From Octopus vulgaris (lineage: Eukaryota): 64,000 bases of DNA. Location: NCBI GenBank assembly GCA_951406725.2, contig OX597814.1, forward strand, positions 72,850,001 to 72,914,000, written 5' to 3'. The position numbers and the translations under genes are program-made. Below the pieces are notes generated by a model. It was not told where the DNA came from. It did not search any database and saw only the letters and a program-made list of their open reading frames with translations. Positions 1 to 12,700 of the stretch are shown here, piece after piece. The stretch's first letter is position 1; each line of letters opens with the position of its first letter.

Positions 1-1145
1 AGACATTCTTGCTAACAGACAGTGCAAGTGGTTACATTGTGAATGCTGAAGTGTACACTGGATGCTCGAGCAGTTGATAATTTGGGTGTCGTAGGGAATC
101 TCGTAGTGCAAATGACAGAGTGGGTATCAGGCCCAGAACTATTCACTATTCATGGACAGATTTTATTCATCAGTTGAGCTTGCAGAATATTTATTGGATA
201 AAGGCATAGGATTATGCGGACCAGCTTTGATCAACAGAAGGTCTTTCCCAAGTCTCTCAAAAGAACTAACATGTAAATTCAAAAAGGGGAATCAGTGGTT
301 CTGTTCAGTGGGAATGTTGCAGTGATGGTATAGATGGACAAATGCCCCATATATTTTGTTTTGTCAATTTATGTGGATTCACCCATGACCTTATTCACTA
401 GATATGATCGTAATGCACACAGAAAGGTACCTGTCCCCTGTCCGATAGCAGTGAAGAGTTACAATAACTTCATGGGAGGAAAAGACAAAAATGACTAAAT
501 GACGTGCCTGCAAAAATGTCAATGCCATTACAAATGACCATGCCAATTAGTGATGAAGTTCTTTATGTGGATATCATATAATGCCTATGTTTTGCAGGAA
601 TTTCACAAACCTCATGTCTAGCCCAACAAAAAAACCTTCACATTCCATGCTTTCTTGGATAAACTTTGTCATGAACTAATTGGTGATGTGAGGGTCGACA
701 TGGTCATCCAGCAACTACAAAGGATTGTTTGGTTGACGTTGGATTGCATGAGGTGGAACAAGCTGAACATGCAACCACAAACAATCGTGCTGTGTGCATG
801 GAGAAACATAGGTAGGCTAAGAGAGCAAATACTAATGCTCAGTATAAGGACTTGCCAAAACAAAGACTATTTTCTGGTGTAACCACTGCAAAGTTTTCCT
901 CTGTATTAGGAAACCAGGATCAAACTGCTGGCATGATTGGCACAAAAAAGTGCAGTATTGGAGCTAAATTAGTGAAAAAAGACTTGAACGTCTTGTATTC
1001 TACCATATTTTACTATTTTGTATCCTTGTATTGTGAACAAAGCATGTCTTTCAGCATATCTCCTAAAATAAAAAAATTTCAGTGAAATTCACTGGGAGCT
1101 TAGGGTGGTGCATTCAATTCTTGTGGGTGGTTAGAATTCAAAGGG
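1..1145 (+). mobile_element. Decayed piggyBac-type transposon (3' part of transposase and right terminus)
   Basis: Broken-frame peptides MDRFYSSVELAEYLLDKG, PCPIAVKSYNNFMGGKDKND, FMWISYNAYVL and a Cys-rich C-terminus (CAVC...FWCNHCKVF..C..CWHDWH). Ends ...AGGG followed by TTAA (1146-1149). Confidence 0.8.
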
Positions 1146-2927
1146 TTAAAGAAATATCTTATGTAATTATTTATTTTCATTTATATTTATTCCTCAACTA
1201 ATAATGTTTACTTGTATAAAACATGTAATTTAATTACACACAACCTTAAACATTTGTCAAAGCTAACCTATTTTTAATCCTCTTGAAATTCATATGGCTA
1301 ACAGTTCCTACTGGTTGATGGCTGTATGTTAATAAGATACAGTTTAGCAGAAAATACAGAATTGAATATGTTCAGCATTTGTGTATATGGGTGTGTGTTT
1401 TATACATGCAAATCACTTGACCTTAAAATTTCCTTTACCATAAATGAAAGGGTTAAACAGTTTGTGATTGCTAATTCTTTGTTTTTATGCTATGGATTTT
1501 AATCTGCTATTTATCTGAATTGACTTCAAAGACCGAATAATGATTGCCTGTTTGGTAGAATGGTGAGTGAAAACAATTTTCAGCTTAATCAACAACTTAA
1601 TGAAGATGTATTTCCATTAATCAAAACTCTACTTAATTTCCTTGATTACTTAATTGTAAAATTGTGTTACAATGTTTACATTTATTTCAGCAATCTTATT
1701 TAGGCACTTACTGGACCTAATTATTCTTAGTTTGGGTGGCAAACTACATTAAATAGCAAAAGCAATCAACTTTTTAACAACTGACATTCAGTTATGATTT
1801 CTTGTTTCGAATTTTTTTTTTTATCCAAATAATGGATCGAAAACCAAATGCATTATCACTGAGCTATGGCTACTCTTTATGACACAGAAAAAGTTTTTTT
1901 TTTTTTTTCTAACATATAAAGGGGAAAACAAATCAACCACAGTGGGATTTGAGCTGAAAAAGGCTGTAGCTAATTATCACAAATGTCAGACATGCTGACA
2001 ATTTTGTCAATCCACTACAACAATAACAAGAATAAAATATAAATTATAACTGAAAACAAAACTACAACTGGCAAAAGAACTGAATAATGAGCTGAATAAA
2101 AAAAAAATACATGTGTATTTATTTTCAAGTTAAATTTAGATATACCTGCCTCTCCTCCCTAATATATCTTCAACAAATATTCCCTCCTATTTCAAGGGAC
2201 CCTTAGACTCTTTTTGTTTGTTAGTGTTTTGTCCCTGTACTTGCTTTGTTCTAACATTTCAATATGAATACCCTTCAGTGATTTCTTAACAAACAGCCTA
2301 AGTGAGAACAATAGACTAGCTTCAAGCTTTTGTTATTGCATATTGAAAGCAGCAATGGTTGCTGCTTGATCACTTACACCTTATATAGCTACTTTATATA
2401 TCTAGTTATATTGGAGGTCATCTTGTATTTTGGCCTTCTCAATGTTTTCTCTCTATTATACCTCATTGTATTCTTAAAAATAAAAATAAAAATAGTATTG
2501 TTATTGACTTTCCACTGAATGTTATGTGTCTGCATATATCTTTTAATATAATTTTTAAAATTTGTAGTCCATATATATTTTGCACACAATATTATGTGTT
2601 TGTATAGATATATACCCATACACACTGTGTGTGTGTGTGTGTGTGTGTTTTGATAAATGTTTCTTTACAGAAATACTTATGCAGATTTGATTCTCGGACC
2701 TTATGAAACAGTTTGAACTATTCATATTTCTACAAATTTGTCTTAATATGCAAATGAGAAGTGGAGATTGACTAAGCTCTTAAGTTAAGATGCTGCTACC
2801 ATCTTACTTGAAATAAATTCACTAAATAACATTGCCAGTGATTTATATTAAGGTTTTATCAGTCAGATGGTGTACTGGGTATGCGTTATTATACAAATGT
2901 AAAATTTAAAAATTGGCTTTAATTTTT

Positions 2928-3170
2928 TATCATCATCATCATCATTTAACGTCCGCTTTCCATGCTTGGTTGGATGATTTTGACTGAGGGCTGGCGAACC
3001 ACATGGCTGCACCAGGCTCCAATCTTGATTTGGCGGAGTTTCTACAGCTGGATGCCCTTCCTAACACCAACCACTCCGAGAGTGTAGTGGGTGCTTTTTA
3101 CGTGCCACTGGCACGGGGGCCAGTCAGGCGGTACTGGCAATGACCTCGCTCAAATTCTTTTACACATCCT
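2928..3170 (-). repeat. RTE-tail element (3' end of the RTE LINE or RTE-related SINE)
   Basis: (CAT)n-ttaacgtccgctttccatgc...tctacagctggatgcccttcctaacaccaaccactcc, the same layout as the LINE 3' ends at 27383 and 30345. Confidence 0.85.
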
Positions 3171-3605
3171 TTTTATAATATATAATATTCAGATTTTGAG
3201 CCCTGCATATGTTTAGATTGCCAACTCTTTAAGTATTTTTCCTAAATTGTTGGAAAATGTTTACCAATCAGTGAAATTACAGCTTATTTTTCATCTAGAG
3301 TGATAGAGAGGTACAATCTTGCTCTAAATACCACATGTAGTTCTTTGAAATGTCACAAAAATCACACAGTACTTGACCATCTCTGGATCTAACAAGTGTA
3401 GGCTCAAAGATATGCAGTGGGAAAATGAAAGAGAAGTTGCACCTGAATGTATTAGGACAGCATCTGAATAGCTAAAGTATCAGTTAATGTATCTTGAAAT
3501 AAGGACAGATAATATCAGCATAGACTTATAGGAAGATGATTCATAGTAAATGAGTATCCATAAGTTGGTAATTTTGCACTACATTGGTTTCTTTTCTTTT
3601 ACAGG

Positions 3606-3629
3606 ATGTTAATGACTAAAGGTATATAA
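3606..3629 (+). promoter_or_regulatory. Short upstream ORF (MLMTKGI*) in the USP54 5' UTR
   Basis: ATG TTA ATG ACT AAA GGT ATA TAA starts at the second base of the exon (acceptor AG 3603-3604) and stops 2 nt before the main ATG. Confidence 0.55.
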
Positions 3630-3631
3630 TA

Positions 3632-3772
3632 ATGGAGATAGAAGACTTGTCCCAATTACCTGAGCATTACCTCAATGGTTGGGACCGACATCACAGCCTT
3701 TCTTTGGCAACTACAAAAGGTTTACGTAATCCTCCTGGAGAAAATAACTGTTTCTTGAACAGTGCTGTACAG
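3632..3772 (+). CDS. USP54: USP54-like coding exon 1 (start codon, Cys-box)
   Basis: Acceptor ttttacag at 3604, in-frame stop upstream at 3617, ATG 3632. MEIEDL...[19 protein letters not shown] then gtaagt. Confidence 0.93.
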
Positions 3773-6700
3773 GTAAGTTTACATATTTGGGACTTTTTAC
3801 CTCACTTGAAATTGGAATGTTCTTAAGATTTCCTAGTGTTTTTCAAGAATTTCATAAGAGAAATAAAACGAATAGCTTAACGCTAAATGTACTCTGAACA
3901 GAGAGAATAGTATGGAATATTTTAAAGACATCAATCTTAAGTTTTACACATCCCAATACTATGAAGGTAATCAATTTCATAGACAATAATTGTGCTATAT
4001 TCAGCCTAAAATGTTAATTATCTTTTCTACATGTGGTCATGGTATGCCAACACACACCACTTGAGGCATTTTACTGAATTTACTTTTATTAATGAAGACT
4101 ACTCTCTGTATTTATCTGGAGATCACCCACTCTTCAAGGTAAAATTCAAGACAATAGGTAAATTACTATATATATATGTGTGTGTAGTAAAAATTATTAA
4201 GCCTCTTCTTTCCCTTCCTCTCTGTTCATAATGTGTATTTAAATATATCAATGAGACCAAACTATCACGGTTATCCCATCAACTGTAAGTTAGTTGTAAT
4301 GATGTACTTCTGACATCTCATTGCAGGTCACACATCTTCTATTCACTTACGTATTTGGAAAATCCTGCTTTTCACGTATCCCAAATAGGAAATTACTTGA
4401 ATATCTATTTTCATTGATGCACTCTGTTGCTGTAACAGCTGCACCTCATGCATGAAATGTTTTAACTTCTATATTTCATAGTCAACTATTTTACTAGTAC
4501 AGCTACATTTCTACACTTGAGAGAGATAGAAATATCCTTCCACTTTTGACTAAGTCATTAAAAAAAAAAAATTTTATGGAATTTTGATCCAATATGTCAT
4601 TAGAAACAGTTGACAACAATAAATAGATTTATTTCTCTTCCTGCATAATGGATGATGTCATTTAGTTTCCATTTCTCTTTGAATTTCTTGCCCTGAAAAG
4701 AAGGGCTGAAACATGTTCAAACATGAAATCTTTCTGAGTTGCAATCCCTACTGCATCCTTCTTCCTTTATTGTACCTTACTAATATGATGATCAGGCAGT
4801 CAAATGCTCTTCTATTCTACATTATTACTATATGATTTCCACCAGTTTTACTCTTCTTTTGTTGTGTTCAGTATTGATTCTTACTACATGTAATCAGTCG
4901 ACTGTGTATTTAGTTATTGATAACTGCTGACTCCTGTGGGCTTTGTATGAATTTTTAAAGGTTTGTAACAATTAGATTGTAATATTACAGGTGAGAGTTT
5001 CAATAGGTCTGTTGGTTTCTGTTAAGATGTAGTTAATCAAGTTATTTTTATAATCTTTCATCATTCATGTCATTTTGTTTCACTGCATCTTTTTTTTCTG
5101 CTAGATGTTTTTTCATTTCCCAACTGCCTTCTCTACGTTCATCTTGTAACTTATTCTATCCACTATGCCCATTTCTTTTCCCATCTTGCTTTTTAAAATT
5201 TTCAAACTTATCTTTGTATTTTTGATCCCTTTGATGTGTCATCTCTTTGTCCTCCTTCCTTTTTCTTCCCATTCCTTTTATTTCCTTTATTTATTGCCAG
5301 TTTCCTATTTAGTTTCAGTTTTGATTTTACCTGTCTTTATCTTCCTTCTATTAGGTAATTATAATAATAACCCTTTCTACTAAAGGCACAAGGCTTGAAA
5401 TTTGATAAAAGGAGACTAGTTGATTACATCAACTCTAGTGTTTCAATGGTACTTAATTTATCAACCCTAAAAGGATGAAAGGCAAAGTCAACCCTGGCGG
5501 AATTTGAACTCAGAATGTAGCAATGCGTGAAATACTGCTAAGCATTTCATCCAGTGTGCTAACAATTCTGCTAGCTTGCTGCCTTATGTAATAATAATAA
5601 TGATAATAATCTGTTGAATTCAATTTACTGTGCTCTGGCACTGAAATTGTATCAAAGCAAAAAACTAATAAGTAAAATAGGTGAGCCACTACTGTACTTT
5701 GGTTTTAAATCCTTGTTGTAGCTATTTCATATCAAGATCTAAGGCCTTGTTGTACCTATTAAATAAATCAATACCAACAGTTGTATTGCCTGTCTTACAA
5801 AATTATCCTTGATAAATGGAGTATGATAGCTCTCTTTTACCTTCTTTTCTCATTATTTACTGGTTTAAACCCAGATAAACCCTAAATTCAGCTGACCTAT
5901 GATAAAAGGTGTTGAACTTTGATTAGTTCATCTTTGTTTCAGATTGAGTGTATCAGTGCTACTTTTGTCACTTATCATTTCTTTTTTAAAATAGTCTTGT
6001 GATTTGAGCAAGTTACATTTATGTTATTTGAGGAAAAGGGGCAGTGTCCATACCGTTTGCAAGCTTTCCAGACAAGTGTGGTTGATGTTTAGCTTTAACA
6101 GGTTGTTGACCTATAAGAAGGGGAGAGACTTCCTGAGGGTTGTGGTTTTGTAGTAGGAATGATTAAGTAAAGTGTTGTGTGTGTGGGGAGACAGTGTAGA
6201 GAAGTGGTAAGTAGCAGGTGGGCTTCAGCATGTACGAGCGGGTACCCAAAAGTAACAGGAAACGTTCTCTGTGGGACAAGCCTGTTGTAGTTCAGGCTTC
6301 TGCTGCTAGAAACCACTTGATGGAGCCCTCAAATTTCAGTCTGCTGACCAGTAGCACTGACTGGAGTCGTACTGCCATGTGGTGCATCTTTGTTTTGCAG
6401 TGCTTCTCCCCTGTTCATCAATTTTTTGCAATGTTTAAAAGGAAGGAACAGCATGCTTCCATGAAATTCTCTTTTTTTGCTGGGGAAAATGGCAGCCAAA
6501 ACAGTTGTCACGACTCAAACAGCTTACAAGGACGCTACCATGAGCAAAACACAAGTTTATGAGTGGCTTTCATGCTTTAGGAATGGTTACTTGTCACCAA
6601 CTTCATTCAGGGCCACTGTCAACCTCCTGAACGAATGAAAACATCATGAACAATTGATGAACTTGTTGATATGACTGGTGTGCCCTGGAGTTCCTGCCAA

Positions 6701-9700
6701 CAAATTTTGAATGAGGAGTTGCAAATGAAAAGAGTTGCTGCAAGATTTGTGCCTCACTTGCTCACAGAAGACCAAAAGCAGTCATGACTGAATTCATGCC
6801 GTGAACTGAAAGAACAGTTGAAAGTTGATCCAGACCTTTTTTTGAAGGTCATCACTGGTGACAAAAGCTGGTGCTATGGCTATGACCCAAAAATGAAGCA
6901 GCAATCAAGTCAATAGAAGCATTCAATGTCCCCCCCCTCCAAAGTGTTTCAAGTGAAGTCCAATGTCAAGATGATTCTGATTTGTTTCACTAGTGTGAAA
7001 GGAATTGTCCACACAGAATTTGTTCCTCTTGGTCAACCAGACATTTTACTTGGCAGTTCTGAAGCATTTGCAGGACACAGACGAAAATGCCCCAACCTGT
7101 GGAGAGTGGCAGTTTCATCATGACCATGTGCCTGCACACGCTGCCTTGAGTGTGAAACAGTTTTTGACCAAAAATGGCATGACTCCCACTTACCCACCCT
7201 CCCCATTCACCTGATCTTGCTCCTTGTGATTTTTTTTTTGTTTCCCCTGAATAGAAAAAGTCCTTAAAGGAAAATGTTTTGCAGATGTGGAAGAGGTGAA
7301 AGAAAAAAATGACGGAGGCATTAAAAGGCATCACTTCACAAGAGCTCCAGGATTGCTTCGAACAGTGGAAAATGCATCTGGACTGTTGCATTGCTTTAAA
7401 TGGAGAGTACTTTGAAGGTGGTAAAAGTGTAAACATGTAAAACTAAGTGAATAAAATAATATTGCAGAATCCTTTGAGAAGCACAAATCCTATGTCATAA
7501 CTCTAGGGCTTCATAAAAGTAAACAAACAACAAATAGTGAAAGAAATAGATATGGTTTAATAGAAAAATATTTGATCAAAGCCATTGTATGCATTGTAAT
7601 ATGTAATATTCTCTTTTGCATTGAACCTGAACTGCCCTGAGCACCCTTTCTTCTAGGAGGGGATTTAGATTGCTTCATTGTCATAACTTAGATGAAACTC
7701 GGCTAATTCTATAATGAGATTTCCCACACGTCAGATATAAGTTATTTATTTCTCTTGGGAACCTTATAACTTGTATATTTTACATAAAGATGTGTAGCTT
7801 AATATTTTCTCTTTTATTTTTAGTTTGTGCTTTTTTTTGTATTTATTTTGTTTTGTGAACTTGCCACATAGGAATTAAATGTAATGTACATATAAAGACA
7901 TTTAAAGGGATTCTCACCAAGAAAATGTTGAAGATGTTGAATTTGCCACACAAGTAGTAAACTGAATGATACTATTTGCTAACACACTCCTTGTCTACAA
8001 ATTTATGCCTACCTGAATACTGATTTCAGAATCACTTTTTATTAATATTTATAAATGTATATATGGCTGTTTGAGTTCAAACAGTAGACTGTTTGAGTTC
8101 AAATCCTATTGGGTTCACCTTTATCTTATTTTTTTTTGTAGTGTTATTCAAATTCTGAGGTTCATTGATTCAGTAACATTAGAAATCATTATAAATATTT
8201 GTATTAAGTGCATGGGACAAAATGCATTGTGGCATTTCTTTCAACACTCTATATACTGAGTTTCAGTTTCACTAAAATCAATTGTCTTTCATCCTTGAGC
8301 ACTGAGGGTCAATGACTTGCCTCGTGACTGCCACAAACTGATTAGATTTTTGGGATCAATCTGGTACTGTACAAGGATTCTGGATTATTTGTTATATTTA
8401 CATGATTGCAATCTTATGTTGATTTCCAAGTCTTTCTCATTTATCTCCCTTTAGGCTATTTCCAAAGTTTTATTTTCATTCCTCTATTATTAATTTTACA
8501 CGCGTCTCTATCTTAGGAACTGATGGATAAAGAAATCAAACTACATAAACATACGGCAGCAATACCATTCAGAAATTAAATAACCCTAACATTTTTATAA
8601 TATATTATATATACATATTAACACTTTACAGTATACTTACATATATACATACATCTATACATCAATCTAACACAACAGGAATACTAAAGGAAGGCTGGAA
8701 TTTAAGAGACAAGAAAACAAAAAGGGCTCATGCTATTCATTTAAAAATTCCTGAATAGAACTTATTAACTCTGCCATTGAAACTACTTTGAATTGTGAAT
8801 TTGTTAACTTTGGCTTGTATTAGATAAGGATAAACTATTTATTACTGTTGCTAAATTTTCTACAGTCACCATGACTACCATTGGGATCGATCAGGTACCG
8901 GACAAGGATTCTGGATTATTTTTCTGTTTTTTTTTTACTTAATTTTTGAGAGCGGTTGGGTTCATTTTTAGTATTCTCGTTTGTGAGAGCAGTCAAGTTA
9001 ATTTCAGATATTCTCATTTCAAAAATCACCTCTGGCTAATCGTTGGTGTTGCCTTGGTTTGTGCTCTGTGAGTCCTCATTGATTTCAGATAGAATATAAC
9101 CACAATTATTTAAATAATTTAAGATGAAATTAACATCTTGATTGTTGTACTTTTAGTTAATGAGAATAGGTCAAATGTGTCAGTCCTTGCTGGCAATGAA
9201 TAATAGCTGTGAAGTAGCTTTGATAGATCATAATGTGAGAGACACTACTGAGTCATTGAAGTATCATTAATTAACTGACATTTTATATCATTGCTAGTAC
9301 TGTGTTGTTACATAAGAATTTTCTGTATTTCAGTTAATCCACTTGTAATTATGTTCTTTTGTTTAACCATAGGTTAATCCTGATTCACCAAAAAATGTGA
9401 TCAAAGGCATTCCACCTATGAGACTTCTGTCTTTTTTCTCATGATGTGGTATATCTAGAACTACATTATCCTTTGTCTTTTGTGGTGATAGGAAGAGCAT
9501 TAATCCGTAGAAAATCTCCCTCAACAAATCCAATCTGACCCATGCAGGCATGCAAAAGTAGATGTTAAAATTATGATAATGAAATTACAAGGTAGAATTA
9601 CTGACTCTAGTAAAATAAGCTCTCCTGTTTACAATCTTTCTCACAAAATCCCAATATACTATTGTAATATTGGTTTTAAATTTCGGCACAAGGTCAGCAA

Positions 9701-12700
9701 TTTGGTGGGGTGAGGAAGTAAGTCAATTACATCAACCCAGTGCCTTGAAATGATGAAAGGCAAAGTCGACCTCGACGGAATTTGAACTCAGAACATAAAG
9801 ATGGACAAAATGCCACTAAGCATTTTTTCCAGCATGATAACAGTTCAGCCAGCTCACTGCCTGATACTATTATAATATTGGCTTCACATTTTGGAACAAT
9901 GCCAGCCATTTTGGGTGAGGGGTAAGTCGATTACATCATCCTCAATGGTTAACTGGTACTTATTTTATCAACTCTGAAAGGATGAAAGGCAAAGCTGGCC
10001 TTGGTGAAGTTTGAACTCAGAATATAAAGGCAGATGAAATGCTGCTAAGCATTTTACTCAGCTTGGTAATGATTCTGCCTACTCACTACCTTATACTATT
10101 GTAATATTAAAACTGGAAGAGATAGACCCAAGAAGACATGGGGCAAGGTGGTGAAGCATGATCTTTGAATTTTGGGCCTCATGGAGGCAATGACAAGTGA
10201 CTGAGACCTTTTGTGATATGCCATGCGTGAGAAGACCTGTCAAGCCAACTGTTGTGGCTGATGCCTGTGTTGAATAAAGGGCACCCATGCCAGTGGCATG
10301 TAAAAAGCACCCTTTGTTGTTGGGTCTCATGGAGGTGATAAGTGACTGAAGCCTTTAGTGATATGCCATGCTTGAGAAGACTTGTCAAGCCATAGTTGTG
10401 GCTGGTGCCGGTTTTACATAACTGGCACCTGTGCTGGCAACACGTGAAGAGCACCTATTACACTCTTGGAGTGTAAAAACCATGCCAAATCAGATTGGAA
10501 CCTGGTGCAGCTCTCCTGCTTACCAGTTTCAGTCAAAACATCTAACCCATGCCAGTATGGACAGCAGATGCTAAATGATGATGATGATTATAAAGTAGAA
10601 ATATTACTTCACAAACTTATCTTTAAATCTTAAGTATAACAATAAAAACTGCTCATAGAAAGCCCTGTCATTCAATACAAGAAATGCAAAGACAACTGTG
10701 ATAGCATGAAATTAAAAGGAATATTGATTTATCCTTCATTTGTATAAAAAGAAGTAAATAATATAAAATCTATATAGGTTGAGTCATAAACAGCTTTGAG
10801 AAAAAAAACAATTCCTGTTGTTTGGACTAAGTCCTTTAAGCATGTGTTCTCTAAGAATCCAATAAAGAATGTTCACCTTGAATTGCAAAATCAGCAGATT
10901 CTGTTTTTCTGAACAGTTGGATGTGGAATATGATTAGCTAAATGTTAACCAATGGTAATGTGCAGACAGATTAACATAACAGGACATGTAAAAAACCTAA
11001 ATGTGCACTGTCTATTATTATTATTATTATTTTTTTTTTTTAACCTTTTAACCCCACATGCACACATAACCATATACAATATATCAAATATAAAAGGTTT
11101 TTATTGTTGATTATATGCATTTTCTCTTGGTTGTGAAGCCAATCTTTCAAAGCTACTCAGTAACTTTCAAAGAGTGACAATACATTTTAGGTATAGTATG
11201 TGCCAAATATTGCTTTGATAACTGATATTTCCCTCATGAGTGAAGTGGCTCTATTTCAGTTGTTTCTAGTTCAATATCGTATTTAACATTTTAGATTTAT
11301 GGAATACCTTTTTCTTAATGTTTGATAAGTTACCTCAATCAATTCAGTACTAATTCTGCTTGAATATCATTTACTTGTTTATCATATTCTCTCTGATTAA
11401 ATTTATTCAGTATGCAATTACATAGTCTATTTTCATAAAAAACAGCATTTCTTTTTACAGCACAGTCCATTGGGTACCATCAAAAAAGATGACCCATTCT
11501 TAGAGCAGAACCTACACTACTCACTTCATTAAAATGATCCATCAAGAGTGATGAAAAAAAAATATAGGAAGATGCAATCTATTTTCAATAGTAGACATAC
11601 AACACAGATCGTTTTACAGAGCAGCCTGTAGACTTCACAGATTTTAGTTTGAATTTCACCAGCCTTCTCTTCATTGTCTATCTTTTCAGAACATAACCTG
11701 TACAGTCAGTCATATACTTGAGATAAATACAATAATATAAAATCTTTAAAAATATTGGCTTTCTTGTGTAGAAAACTATTTTATTTTGGTATGGAACTTT
11801 GCCTGAACTACTTATAGATCTTCTTGAAGTAAATTGGTATTGTTGGAATATAAGTTGAAGGTAATTTACCTGTTTCAGAGAATGGTCAGCTCAAAATCAA
11901 ACCATTCAGTTCATCATCAAATAAGAACAAAGGGAATTCAAGTTTATAAATGATGACCTGTTTCACACTAACATCACAATTAAATCCACCTGCACAGAAG
12001 AAACTAATTATTGCCAGGAAATGCATTCAACTATAGCACTCATTTCAATCAACCATGCATAACTTTCACTGTATATTATGAGTACATATTTAGAAACTAA
12101 ACCTTTAATAAGAAAATTTATATTACTTAATAAAAAAAAAATGTTTATCATGTTAAAAGAAACTTAATGATTTAGCTGTTCCTTTTTATTATTTTTAAGC
12201 TTTAATTCACCTTAAAAGCAAAGAAGCTCACAATTGTGTTTTTCCCCATCTTTCCATTGTTTAAGATTAATTCCAGCTTCCATTTAGAGGTTCTAGTTAG
12301 TTATCTACCTTCATATTAGTTACTGTCCATTTGCTGTTAAGTTGTTAGTTGAGGTTGCATCTTACAGGACAACTTAACTGTAGGGGGTGATGGTGGGAAT
12401 ATGTCATTATGTCTCATCAGTAACCAACTACCTACTGTTTTATGTATTCCCTAACCCTACTTCTGCAACAGCTGCTATTATTGTGGTGTATTTTGCCTCC
12501 TTACCCCTTACTCTTTAGTATCCCCTCCACCCATTTCTGTGTTGGCAAACTAGATAGTAATAATGAAGAAACGAACTCCACATTTCATGTGTACTTTATC
12601 ATAGATGCTGTCCGTCGTGCTCTGCAGGTAAACCTAGTCATTGTTTTCTTTGTTTCATTTAAATAAGAGAAGGAAGCAGATCTCTCTCTCTCAACATCAA

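Noticed and set aside
11468-11600. Possible Tc1-like terminus (gggtaccatcaaaaaagatgacccatt)
   Set aside because: No matching opposite TIR or transposase remnant was found nearby
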